A stretch of DNA of 50,923 bases, the filler included, from Sphacelaria rigidula (Eukaryota): NCBI GenBank assembly GCA_964200075.2. It is 3 parts of 3 records of this genome, joined end to end, with 100 filler letters (N's around TTAATTAATTAA, not from the genome) between each part and the next. Parts side by side here need not be neighbours in the genome. Positions count along the whole stretch, not along the records: positions 34,023 to 50,923 come from CAXNAA020001221.1; 2 more parts are not named here. One strand, 5' to 3'. A program made the position numbers and the translations under genes. The notes under the pieces are model-generated. The model did not search any database. It was given only the letters and a program-made list of their open reading frames with translations, and was not told the origin of the DNA. Below, one piece after another: positions 34,751 through 47,649 of the stretch (the first letter of the stretch is position 1; each line of letters opens with the position of its first letter).

Positions 34751-37700
34751 CTTATCGTACCAACGTTCCAAGCTTTTGCTGTGAGTGAAAGCATCAATGC
34801 CGGGGATAATGATGGTGGCCACCGCCAGCGCCGTGGAACTAAGCGTTGGGCTCCATCCCAACGCCTGCTCCCCAATGGCACTCGTACCGATTCCCCAAAA
34901 AAACATAGCCGGTGCTCCAAGCGCTAAGCTTATGATGGATCGCCTGGCAGAAGGGAAAAGAGAGTAAAAGTGTTGACACCATGTCGCCGCTCAAAACATG
35001 CCACAGTAAGGTTGAAATGCGTCAAGGGTGAAGTCGCATGAATTGCGATCGGAGTATACCGACTGCGGCAAGAGATACTTAGCGATGCGATCAACGACTG
35101 GCACGGCATCAGCCGATGCATCAACGGCAACATCACGAGGGCAAGTGTCGGTGTGTATGAGGCTTACTACTGAGGCGCGCACCGTGGATGGACCTAGCTG
35201 AGGACAAGGGCAACGATGGCACACTCTACCGCAAGGGGCTCCAGTCTAATGACACACTTTGCCTCTGGAGAACTTCTTGATTCCGGGTTTTCTAGTTTCT
35301 CCAAGCGAGCCGCCCAAGAAAGCACCGGCGCGACAACGCATAGCGCGATGAGCATCCAAAACGCGTGCCAGGCGTTGTCCATTTCCGGCAGGAGCAGCTG
35401 AAATATCTGCGAAGTAGTCAAACGTAGCGCCTGGGTGGACATACGGCTGATGACTCCCCCCGCGCCTCGGTCTGCTTTGTTCAAGCTACGACCGAGGATG
35501 TATATAAAGGGGTAGTATGGTCAAGATTTGACACCACAACCGTATCGTTTGAGCAGGAGTTAAAAACAACACTTCTGCGGTGTGTGTACTGTGTAGTAAT
35601 CTCGGCATTGTGGTGTCATTTCCGTGCGGTTGTGTGGGTGTGCCTGATACGACTGTAGAGATCCATCTCTAGCCCAAATTGATATGCAGTACCGGCCCGA
35701 CACGCAGAACACGCACGATAACATTTCTAACCCAACCCGGACCGCAAACAAAGCGGAAGAAGTCACATGCAGAGGAGATGGCACACGCTTCACACAACGG
35801 TCGAGGCTGCGCCTTTCCAATCGCCACTATAACTGGATGGTCCAAATTATCATCAAATATCAGCACCTGCGCGCTGCGTGTGACACCGTATCCCTGTGAT
35901 CGGCTGAGCATGCGACAGTTATATGAACAACCATTTGCGGCGGGCTAGGGACAGTAGATATAACCGGCGTTGGGCTACGATATGTCCATGGATGAAATTT
36001 TTTCATTTGAGTGAGAACAACGAGATTCGGATCTTTAGTGTGGCTGCCAGTCCCGCATGCTCGCGTGCGCAGAACGTGTTTTCGTCGAAATCGGCGCCAT
36101 AGGCACTGATTTGAGATCTATCAACGCCACACTTTGCCTGGGGAACGCTATGCATCTCCCTTGCCCGACGGTTCTCGGTATGCCTTATGTTGGGCTTGGA
36201 TTAGGGTTAGGGGTAGCAATAGTTGTGAAATGCGTCTACCATGGACATAGTGTGGCCCCAACGACGGTTAACCCACTTCGTTGAGGGGGCAACTCACCAC
36301 GACAAGCTTCCCCGGAATAAATGCTTGGATCTTGGCCTCGATCGTTTGTGACTTTGCCGCAAGGGCGACGTCTTTCTGCGATCGGAGACAGGCGGCCATC
36401 AAAGTACGGTGAGGGTTTTGCACGTCGGGCCTATGCATGACACTTGGCTTGCCTGCTGGTGAATAAGACATGTATACCTATGGATGCGTAGCACAAGCGC
36501 CTGGACATGGGCGTTTTGAGAGTTCTGGACCTGAAGTATGCCGGATATTGCGCGCCCAGCGTGACCGGTGATGATTCAAACCAGCAAAAAGCGCCTTCAT
36601 CCTTACTTGTCAGGGTGGGTCACCTGGGGCTTTTGAGTTCCAAGTAGAAAGGTGTCGCCTAAACAACGGACCCAATATAGCGCAGCGGATGACGCCAGTT
36701 AGGGATACAATCGATTGAACTCGCAAAACCTCAAATGTGAAGCAGCGACACACCTAATCGACTTTCAAGCGCCTGATTCAGCGAAAGCCATGCAATATCA
36801 AAAGTAAGAGCAGATATATGTGAGAAGGACAAAGTGTTGTTATATGTAGAGTCATTTCAGGCTGGGATAGGCGACAATTATTGCGAGAAAGTCGTTCCTT
36901 TGGGCGACAATTCGGTAACCACTAATCCCGACCCACACCATGGGATGGTTCTCTGCGACTACGTTCGCATGCTGTCTCTTTGGATCGGCAGCAGAAGCAC
37001 ACCATGCTGCCTGCAGCGATGCCCCGGAGTTGCGCAGGAGGCATATCGATCAAATTGTCAGTAATGACGTTTCCTCTACGCCAATCTACGATCATATGTA
37101 CCAATACAAGTCGCACGACCAACAGCCACTGACCCCACGCGCGGAAAACGACGTCGACGCCATTCTGGCGAGCCGTTCGGTGAAAATGAACCCCCGTACG
37201 CACGATACTCTCCTTCTTAAGGTGAAGCGAGACCTGGCCTAGGGAACACGCCGTTACTATTTCCTAGGATTCCAACTATTTTCTGCTACAGTCTCGTACG
37301 ACGCCGGCGGAATATATTGGTGGGATCGTCTACCGAATCCGTGGCTAGTGCAGGATGGAGGGGATCGTGTTCGACCCTTGAGCTCACAGCGCTCACCCGC
37401 TGCCTAGGGCAAGCCCCCACCCATTTTGATTGTACCCCGACCCTCGAGCTGATGATCATCGATTCACCATAGCACACTGACTCATGACACAATGAGGGAA
37501 TCCGGCCTTGCTGACGAAATAGACCGACTCAAGTACCATGAATGAAAACACTTGTGAACGCAATTAAAGGGGCGAGCACCAAGGAGAGGGCATATCCACG
37601 CACTTAGCCACGCACAAGACGACTGGTCATACGAGTTGACCTTGTGCACGCACGGAAAAAATGGCATTTTCGGCCTATGTCTGTGCCGGTTTGTCGATGC

Positions 37701-40700
37701 AAAATCAAAAGCACCCGAAATTCTACGGCAAATGGTACGTAGTCGAAGACACCGGCAAAAACACTTTTCGGCAACCATTCAGCGGGCATAGCACCATCAC
37801 TACGAGTATGACTGCATCTCGTTGGTGCCGCCGACCATTGGCATCGCTCGGTGGTAAATTCCCGGTATTCCACGCAAACGCAGCAATCAAGAGAGAGAGA
37901 GGGTCGCCTCAATTTTACATGACAAAACTATGGTTTTCGTACAGCCAACGGGCAGCTCGCGTTTGATGCTTCGCACCTTTAGCTGAGCGAGCCTTCGACC
38001 AACTTGGGTTTCCATTTCCCGGGACGTCGTCATGAGCGCCGTCTTCATGGGGCTTTCCCTCGTGTCATCGTCCAGTCCAAGCAGAGCATCCACCTGACCA
38101 TCAAGTATGATAGAAAACAATTATTCAGCACAGCGCAACGTATCGAAGGTGGAAAAAAACTTCCACGAAGGTGAAGATGACCAGTGATGCAGAACCGCAT
38201 CAAAATGGCTGGTGGCCGGGGTAAGATATGTAATACACGGGCCAAATCGTGAGACGTATGGAAATATGGCTTATAGTTCTGCTTGGCTGTTTGCGCAGGT
38301 TGAATAAACCATGAAGCAGGCAACGAGTGACGGTCAAGACGTTGATGCGACCCTGACATTCCGCCACTTGCCACTGCCGCAAGTAGAAGCACCCGGTTGC
38401 CCATGAATACATCATCCCAAAATAATCCACGCACCACTCGACAAAGGAACACGAGCACAATGCCCGAGCGCGGTATGTGCAGAGAGGAAAAGGGCCACCT
38501 GCTCCGCTTCAATTTGCACCTGAAACAGTCCGACTTTGTCAGCATTTCACTTTGCTTGCAGTGAATACACTGGAGCCTTCCTCTCACCTCGTCATCCCGT
38601 ATCTCCTCCCTGAGAGCGTTGATTACCGCGTCGAACACTTGAGGACGTCCGGACAACACCGCGTGGGCGACTGCCGTTCTTCCCCACGAATCCTTCGCTG
38701 CCATGTGCTCTCGGACCTAGGCATTCGAACAAATTCCATTTACACGTGGGCCAAGATTCCGAAAAAGTGGTGAAGTCAGGGTGATCGCCATTTCGATTTT
38801 GATTGAAAGCGCACGGGGGCACCGTTATTTTTCGAATGAAAACTTGTCGGCAATACCCTGCCTCAGACTGCAAAACGCCATCTCCGAGAGGAATCTCCGG
38901 AAGTAGCACCGACGACGAACCATTCGCGGCCGGCTGCACCTCGAAGCTGGCGGCTTGCATCTGCTCAACACCCACACCCCGACAGATATTCGAACATATG
39001 AACAGTATCATGAATGCTACCCGAGCGCAGTCCGCCCTGCTGCGTACAACCTCAGAGAGGGTTGTGCGCCACTGCTCGTGGCATCAGGATAAAACGATGC
39101 GAAACACCTACACGGCCACTACTGATTACCGTGTAAAACACGTTCATCGGGCAATCCACCAGAACCAAACCTCACCCGTGCCTGTGGTACATCCCAGCGA
39201 ATGGACTCGTCAAAGATCTCCCAATCAGCAAAACTTCAACACGCACGAAATTCGCGGCGACCTGGCGAACACCAAGCCAGGAACCTCCACCATAACATCG
39301 CAACTAATCATAACTAGTCGAAGTGATCCACTACAAAATCCGTAAAATCGTTTTTGATACCCGAAGCGCACGTGATGATTGGCTGTTTGGCAACCATCTG
39401 ACATGTTCGTGCTTCAGATATATACGTACGTCTTCTTTCCAAAGACTTTCGCGCAGGAACTGGATAGCAGCGAGAACGACGGGCACGTGATGATCTATCC
39501 TGTTCATTTCTATACCTGTCCAGACAGCACGGTACAGCGAGGAAAAAACGAAGCACGACTAAGTAAAACGACTCAAAGCAAACCGAACAAAAAGCGAACA
39601 AAAAACGCTACCCTTGGCGTACCCCGCGGAATGAAACCCTGATAGCGTCATCGATTGGTAAACGATAGGCGGCAACGTTGCTACTAGCTAAAGTCAAGAG
39701 GTACACCTAGACCAGGCGGGGTTCCCGACGGCTGAACAACCCCGTGCCATATGCTGGGCTTACGTGCACGGTATGGTGTCCGCTCTTGACCTACCGTGCT
39801 CGGGCTGACGTTCTATTTGCGGCAAGCCCAGCGAGAACGAAGCTGCGTAGTCTGAAAAGTCCCGCCTGGTGCTGGCAGCTTGCGTTCTTCGCAGAGTTCG
39901 GGCTCGGGGAGTTGAAGTAACTGTCGAGGTTTCTCCCCCTCTTTCCTGTCCTTGCCCGTCTGCGAGGGCCGATGAGATTAGGCCGCCGTCAGTAGTGGTG
40001 TCTGGGCTCGACCCTGACGCTCGGCTTGTGCCGCCTGGAAGGGATAGCCAAAGAGAAAATCGGTCGAGGATAAGAGCGCCGATTAAATGCGTCGGCGAAA
40101 TTCTCTCCAGCTCCACGGTAGCGAAAAACGTGGTTTAGATGTCAACAGTCACAATTCGGATCTTTGCAGGGCACAGTCTGGTGTGCTCAGCACGTATTCT
40201 TCGCACAAATCTGCTCCGTAGGCGCCGATTCGAGAACCACCAACGCACATGTCGCCTGGGGCACCGCATGGATCCTCGTTGTTCGAGGATGGTAGTTCTG
40301 CCTCGAGCTGGGGTTTGGGATAGGGGTAGATCCCGCACTTGACATGAAGTATGTTCAACCATGGATTTGGGAAGCCGAGTGAGGATAAGTCTCCAATCAG
40401 GTGGATGTACTTTCTCGGGGATCGAGACACTATACTTTACCATCCCCCTCTGAAGTCACAACGCCGGACCTTCTTGGCATCGCGGCGCTACGGGTTAGAA
40501 AGGTACCGTGAGCCGAGAGTAATCATGCTCCTTGGCGGCAAGAGATGAGACCTCGTCTGCGATTTGGACCAGAGCAAGAATCGCCGTCATCGTTGAATGA
40601 GTCGAGCGAACGGCACGGCGAAATCCGGACGCGCTTTACACTCAATTGTTTCTTGTCCGGAGAGTATATCTGTCGTGGAGTCCCATTCCCGTGGTCGCGC

Positions 40701-43700
40701 GGTTACATTCAGCCCATGGCACACGCTTTGGCTCGCTCTCAATCCATTTTCAACGCGGGGCATGAACACATGATCAGAGGCGACTCACAATTTTGCAGTT
40801 CTCACGTCGACGATGAGCAAGATCGAAAAAGCTCATGTTCATGGATGCCAGGGTTTACCGCAGTGAACCCCATCATTCAACATGTGTCGTAAACACAGTG
40901 TTTTTATTCATTTATTTGTCGCACTTTGAACCCCTCACTTTCTCGGAACGAGTCCGTGGTCTCAAGGGCTCAACCCTTCACTCCCCGGTATACGCCTTGC
41001 AACTTGGTCTCGCGAGTGGGTCAGCACTCCCACACCGCGTCAACTCACGTCGAACAAACTCAGTCGACTATTTTGTTTACTCACGTTCTCACGCTTTCCA
41101 CGGTAGAAATCAGACATTACGAAGAAAAAACCCAACGCATCGAGAACCGAACCCTCGTTTTCTCCACCCTAACGGCGACAGTCGGACCATTACACCACCG
41201 GGGTTCGGCAGCAATATGCTGTGACTCTACTCGGCCATACCTTGGGAATTAGCAGCATGCATGTAGAATGTCAGCCCGTCTGCATCCCTTTGGCTGATGA
41301 GCTCCCTCAACTGGCCACGACCGGAATCCAAAACGTACTTTCGTCAGTATATACTGCGAACAAAGCCTGCATGTCAAAATGAGCTGATCCACATCCCCTT
41401 CCACCGTGGTCGATGTAGCCGAGTCGTTGATTCGTTCAGCGAGAATTCGACCGAAGGCTTTCCGGCCAAAGAATTGATCAACGCATGAATCCATGGTGAC
41501 TCTCAAGTGCCACAGGGATTGAATAGGGTTTTTTGTAGAAAACTTCTTGAGTCGTATGTGGCAGTATCTCCAATCCTAGGAGTACCTCTGTAAACTGGGG
41601 GGTGTTGCACTCTGCTCCCACAAAAGGTGAGAGATAAATCGAACAACCTTGCTGATTGGAACCAAGGGCACTGCCGAGGCATGCATTCCGCGAATGAGCA
41701 TATCATGAGTTGTCAACGCAGGAGAAGCGAGCATGTCAATAGCGCGCCTTGCCTGCACGGGGGTCATGAGACGATTCAACCACTTGACGACGGCCTTGAA
41801 CGTCATCTTGTCTCCAGATCGCGCGGCGTACATGAGGAGCGTCATATCGTTGGCCGATTCCGCGATGAGCTGATCAAATACCTGTGCAGCCAGCACAAAA
41901 TCATTTGGGCGCAGCGGCGGGTGAAAACACGGGGAGCGGAACGCGAACTGACTCAGGCAGCTGGTTTCAGGTATTCATCATTTACCGTGGTGGAGTTTGT
42001 AGCGAGGAAGGAATAGAGCAGATCTGAGAATTCGCAAGGAGGCGTATCCTCCACGCGCGGAAAACCCCAGTGTCAAAACAAACACCAACTCACCGTGCGT
42101 TTCACCCGTTGTCGTCTCGGCGCTGCGAACTGTAATGTGCTACATAGGATGACTCTGGTCGCAAACGTCATACTGCAACATTACTCCCCCTATTGCATCA
42201 CAAACGTCACATGAACTATAGACACAGCCTCCTGACCACATCCACGCATGCCGAAACCGAGGCCTTGTCCTTTCATTTGTCCAAGATCATGCTCGTGGAC
42301 GACAGTGGGGAAGTGTGTCACTGCCCGCGTATGTCCACAAAATACAACAGATACAGTAGCGGAGCCGTAGTGTGGTGCCATGTAACACCGCAAGATGAGC
42401 GGGTTTTTATGGCTAGTCTTGAATTTTCCCTCAAAAGCTTGAATGACGGCAATCCGCTGAAAGGTAAGGCAGGGTCAGCAACTCGGCGGTGGGCGTTTTG
42501 TCTGCTCACTATACCGCTTCTTTGCGCCACTGCTGCGCAACCAAACGCAATAACGTCTAACAGTACGCGTATACATATCACCGTGTCGACTCTGTCCTTC
42601 TTTTTCCCATGCTGGCCTTGACCAAATGCAGTCCGGAGAGCTCGGATAACCTCATCCACCACGGGAGCCCTTCCCGAGCCTGCTGCATGGTGGAGTAGCG
42701 TTTTCCTCTTGTGATCCTTCACCAGTAGGGCATGAGGCATCTACGGGGTAAACAGCGAAGCACACACGTGTTTTACACTCCAACGTGAATTGCGCCGGAT
42801 GTACAAGTCCATGGAATGTTTTCTGCAGTTGTGCAGAAAGTAGATGCCATTGCAATCGTCCGCTGGGGGGAATATTCAACGCAAGTGTCCACCGTTCCTT
42901 ACCGTTACAAATAATCGACACAGAACATCCCACGGCTGACACACTTTCGGCGTAGACCCAACCCTTTAATTCCTCGCAGATTGACTCGTAAGCCACCCGT
43001 GGGAACTGCAGCCAGAGTGCGCGGAACCTCGGCAATGCCGTGTTTCTCACGACAGCGTCCATCATGTACATAGAAACCAACACATGGAGATATGCTGTAA
43101 GTCTACCATCATAATGAGCATACGTTTAGATTGAATATTCAATAGGGGGCGCACCTTTTGTTTGAATATCTCCTCCGCGACTGCCCCCAACAATGCCACG
43201 TCCCCACCTCTTGCCGCGTGGATAGCAACGGTGTGGCCTAAGTTGTCCTGGATCTTGAGCTGCGTGCGCATGTCTTCGTCTCGGATCTGCTGAGAGTAAA
43301 CAAACATTGTCCAGCGTGAGGTCGGCGCCTCCCATCGATATCCTGATCTCATTGAACTGAATTGAATTACTATTCACACAGCCACCCACCACTTCACTTG
43401 AAACTCGAGCTAATTTGTGACGGAATCACTTCACACAGGATGCCAAATACGCCCAACTACCGCTGCACGAGTGTTTTCTAGGCCGCGGCCTCCGCAAAAC
43501 GGCTTCTCGACAACCGTCAGACGACAGGACCATTAACCGCAACATACACCAACGGGACGGGAAAAGTACCGTCAGGTATATATCTTACGCATTCAACCCT
43601 CACACAAAAACACATCTCACCGCATCTTCACCGTCAGAGTAGAGGTTGTCGAACTCGTTGAGAACCGTCGTGAACACCTCGAACACGCCGGTCGCAGCCG

Positions 43701-44108
43701 CCGCCATCAACGGTGTTTGCAAGGGGGACTTAGGGTCACTGCTGGGCGAACACAGCACGGCCTTCAAGGTGTCATCACCATGCACACTAGACATGACCTG
43801 TCTCATCTTGTCGGTGTCGCATTCATTTATCGCGCAGATGAGCTGGCTGGAACATTTCGCCACGCTCGAGGAACTGTGAACTTGCCGTCGCAAGATTGAC
43901 AGACGCTGAGATCCTGACGAACGTAACTGTAAAATCTCCAAAGGATGTAGGGTGGGGTTTGCCAGAACGCGCGGCATGTGAGCGGAAAGGGTGAAAAGGG
44001 GGAATGTAAAAATAAGCCTAATGTCACTGGTGGCCGTCTCCGTGTGTATGTACTCTTCATGGCACAGCAATCGCTCGGTCAAAATGCTCAACTCCAGCTA
44101 CCTGACAT
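34751..44108 (-). CDS. Multi-exon gene: ankyrin-repeat protein with C-terminal four-helix membrane domain (DUF679/DMP-like by eye)
   Basis: Well-supported exons 43913-43621, 43286-43155, 42740-42582, 42129-42094, 41881-41753, 38716-38588, 38093-37977, 36375-36298, 35406-35258, 34943-34751. Less certain exons 44108-44102 (ATG), 41647-41586, 41501-41339, 40034-39764 and others between 38800 and 40700. ANK motifs TPLMAAAATG, GHTVAIHAARGG, KTLLHHAAGSG, MTLLMYAARSG, GRTAVAHAVLSG. Confidence 0.82.
36050..36255 (+). repeat. Dispersed repeat with TTAGGGTTAGGG core (intronic), shared with 20337-20525
   Basis: Direct alignment by eye. Confidence 0.82.
36530..37245 (+). mobile_element. Possible highly decayed Ty1/copia RT-RNase H remnant in an intron
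   Basis: GWFSATTFACCLFGSAAEAHHAA and QPLTPRAENDVD loosely resemble copia SWFSRTQ-CVTLSSTEAEYVA and NP--TPRTKHID. Weak. Confidence 0.3.
40897..41208 (-). mobile_element. tRNA-derived SINE family 2 (intronic)
   Basis: Reverse complement has A box TGGTGTAATGG, B box GGTTCGGTTC, a body shared with 26795-26985 and an A-rich end. Confidence 0.7.
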
Positions 44109-44813
44109 ATTTGCAGGTATGCGTGAAACGGTTCCACAGGGTCGTACTCGAGCCTTCAGGAACCGGAAGTAAGGTCCATTTCTCGACGGCGGCGGGGGCA
44201 CGGGAATATTGGGAGGCGAAAACGCTTCGTGAACCACTTCATCTTATGCTGCGCGATTCAACATTGCTTGCACAATGTCCGCATAATGAGGATTGGTCAC
44301 CGAAAGGCTTTCGCACTCGCAGGCAGGGCGGACTGGTTGCGTGTGCTCTGTGTTTCCGTGGAATGCGAAACAACGGTAATGTGACCGGATATTCCAACGC
44401 TATGCTGAATTCAAGTCAAAACAGACATTTTTCGTGTTCCCCGTTGCCGCCTAGCATCACCTCAACAACTACCAAAATATATATTTTGGTAACATTCCAC
44501 TCCCACGCACGCACCACCTTCATACTGTTCCCAGAGCCTGCTGCTCTTGGGCTTCGTTCACATTCTACGTCATTGAGGTGGTGTTCATCATCTTGGGGCC
44601 ATCAGCGTTCTATCCCAAAGAGTTTGGCGGATTTACACACACCTCATCCACTGAGCACCTTGGTTGAATGCCGATTGGGTGTCCAAACAATTAAAAAAAG
44701 AATCGCGTTTGATATGCATTTGGGAGAAACGATGCTCCGGTGTCTACTTTGTGGTCACCACTACGCTGACATCGAATGAAGGAATCTCTTGCACTTCATC
44801 TCACAGGATACCC

Positions 44814-44838
44814 TATATATATATATATATATATATAT
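44814..44838. repeat. (TA)n microsatellite
   Basis: Seen directly. Confidence 0.95.
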
Positions 44839-45534
44839 GTAATATACCGATCATGGGCAGTCTTTTGATCGCCAAAGGCTTGCCGGGATTACCCCCACGC
44901 CGAAAATACAGCGACGCGACAGGAGCTACATAAGTTTACAAATCATATGGCGCCGGATTGTACTTGTCCCAGTATTTGTATACAGTCGGTATCCAACACT
45001 GACGATACAATGTTGTACATACTTCGACAGAACGCAATGTCCACACAATCATGCACATGACGTGATGACTGTCTCGCATGCATATCCACCAACGTACAAA
45101 TTAAATGAAGTGTAGGACGAGCGGTGAAGAGCTAGGATTCGGCGGCAAAGGCTAGAGGCCATGTCCAGCGAAACCGCCGTGGGTATGGTGTTGCTTCTAA
45201 TAAACGTTTGGATCGCATCTCCCATGCTCAGACTCTTACTCGTAGCACAAAGTTGACGATACGTCTACCCGCACAGAGCACAATGAGACAAATTCACTTG
45301 CTACGGACAGCAAAGGCGCACATCCGCCGGCGCGCAGAGCCTTAGTGTGATACACCGCCGTTGCAAAGCAAAAGGCCGGGCGTAAAGAAGAGACCACGAA
45401 CAGAACATTTTACAGTGTGATGTGGGATTTGGAGCACTACCTTGTCTTTTAACGAGCAAACCCTATTTGTGTTCAATCACAGCATGCATTGGGTAGCACA
45501 TGGTGGATTACGTGTGGGGTACGATCCAATGGAT

Positions 45535-45786
45535 GACACTTTCTACGATAGCCCCCCAAAGAAAACCAGCTAACAGTGTCACGAAAAAATTGCCATACAG
45601 CGCCTGATGTTCGGATTCAGGCTGCATGAAGCGCCTCATCTTGGCGACATTGGCTAAAACGAACCTAAGCGTGGGAATTCCCAGCTTCTCGCTGTGCTCG
45701 GTTTTTCCCATTTCGATTTACGTGAAGATTTTGCTTCCCAAAACCATGCACTTTTTTTTTGGGGGGGGGCTGTCGTAGAAAGTGTC
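45535..45786 (+). mobile_element. MITE family 1 copy with 4-bp target-site duplication
   Basis: GGAT|GACACTTTCTACGATAGCCCCCC ... GGGGGGCTGTCGTAGAAAGTGTC|GGAT. Confidence 0.92.
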
Positions 45787-47649
45787 GGATGGGGTTTTAT
45801 ACACGAAAAATTACCATATTTGAAGAGAAAATGCCCGCCCCCCCTGGCCAACGAGGTGCCTGAGCGAGCGTAATGTATGCGAAATAATCCTCTCACCAAA
45901 CATAAAGAAAGGCGAAGTGCTCGTGACCAATCATCGGGCCACCCACTCGGCGTTGACTGAGTGGTCTAGTGTGTAATACCTCCCAAGGATCCAAAGAAGG
46001 ACCGTTGAGCTCGAACGTTTCCCGCTCCCGGTCGTGAAGCATGTTGCCCCTCACCAGCGCTACTAACGTAATCCCCGGCCTGACCCCTCTGATATCCGTC
46101 AATTTCTCACAGGAAGAAGTATCACGAACCCACCCGGAATCGAACTCAGTACTTCTTTTCTTCGTTAGGGGGACGTACTTATCACACCACTAGATGCTGA
46201 CAGAGTGGTCCAGTTGGCGGTCCTTCCGATGCCACAACTTGACACCCACGGCGAGTGACACAGAGTCGTTGGAGTTCATGTAAAGCGCTGAGCGAGAGGA
46301 CATGTACTGCACCTGGGCATGAGTCTTCATATCGAAGGCGACGTGCGCCCTTTTTGGGCCATCTGTAGCAGATACTGAGGCGCACCACCTCTCATTCTTC
46401 AAGTATCATTTTCGTTCCCTGAGGTAACAGAATAAATAATATTCTCAAATCGGTGAAACTCCGTCATGACCGCAAATAGTTATACCCCTTATGTCGGCTT
46501 CATGGAACCACTACTCCGCTTCATAAGTTGGTCACGTGGGGTCAGATGTAGAGTGCAACTAATGGTTGCGCTAAAATCGTCGACACTACCGAGCCTACAT
46601 AGCCACCGTCAAACAGACGAATTCGAACCCAAGGTCGAATGTCAGATCAGGTACAGGTCGTTCGTCACGCGGGCAGGAAACGACATATCTGTACAACAAA
46701 ACGACCCGTCCGACCAGGTACGTAAACGTACAAGTTGTCAGGAAAGCAAGACGAAATGCTTCGACAAACGTTGCGTTTCGGAAGGGAGAAGTGTAACAGA
46801 AGAGGAGCAGCGCGTCGGCGCTTTATATAGTTTTGCTGCTGCTGCACTAACGTTACAGTACTAGCCCCCGCAGTTGCTTCAATAATGTTTTCGCTGGATT
46901 GAGTGTCTAAGGTTCGATTGAGAGTGAGCTCTACGCTTTGCTCTTACCTGGACAATATTCCATCTTGTGTGATTTCTGTTCTGTTTTTTTTTTCTCAGTC
47001 TACTCTGTTGTTATGTGCTACCTTTTCTGTTTTCTCCTTTCTTCAACGAGTGCCCCACTTTTGTTTGTCCTGGGTACGTCTATCATGTGACAACGGCAGG
47101 ATCCCCGGGGGTTATACTCAAGTGCGACAATCGATCAACAAGATACAAAGGTGGATTTGCTGCCCTGTAACAAATTCGTGTGCTCGCAGTTACACGTCGA
47201 TATCCTACTCAGGGATGCCAGAGGGTTCAGTGGCAAGCTCCTACAGAATGCGTACAAGGCTTCGTAGAAGGCCTGGAAAGGCATTTTGGCGGTAACACTC
47301 TTCCGAGCATTCATCCACCATATCTGGAAATATCGAGTTCCAGATTTCTGCTGATTGACGAGGCCAATGCAGTGAAAATATACCTTGGGCTAATCCCACG
47401 GCTACGAGCTTTCACTCTAGCCGCTCCTGGACTGGTTCCAGGCTTTGTAGGGATACGAGATCATGGGTACACACTCCCCCCCCCTCAATATTGCCCCTGA
47501 GGGTTGGCGTCGGTTGGCAACGACGCTGTGGAACACGCCACTCACTGCGTCAGTCAGGCAACTAGGTTACCGCTTTTACGCCTTCGTTTTTCGCGTTAAC
47601 CATGACGGTAGTCGAGTTGGATCACATTGAGTGGAGTACAATTTTCCTG

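Noticed and set aside
33474-34943. Convergent gene pair or functional link between the acidic-protein gene and the ANK-TM gene
   Set aside because: They are on different scaffolds separated by an artificial linker.
43991-44779. 262-aa plus-strand ORF
   Set aside because: No recognisable domain or coding-like composition; it overlaps the probable 5' end of the minus-strand ankyrin gene.
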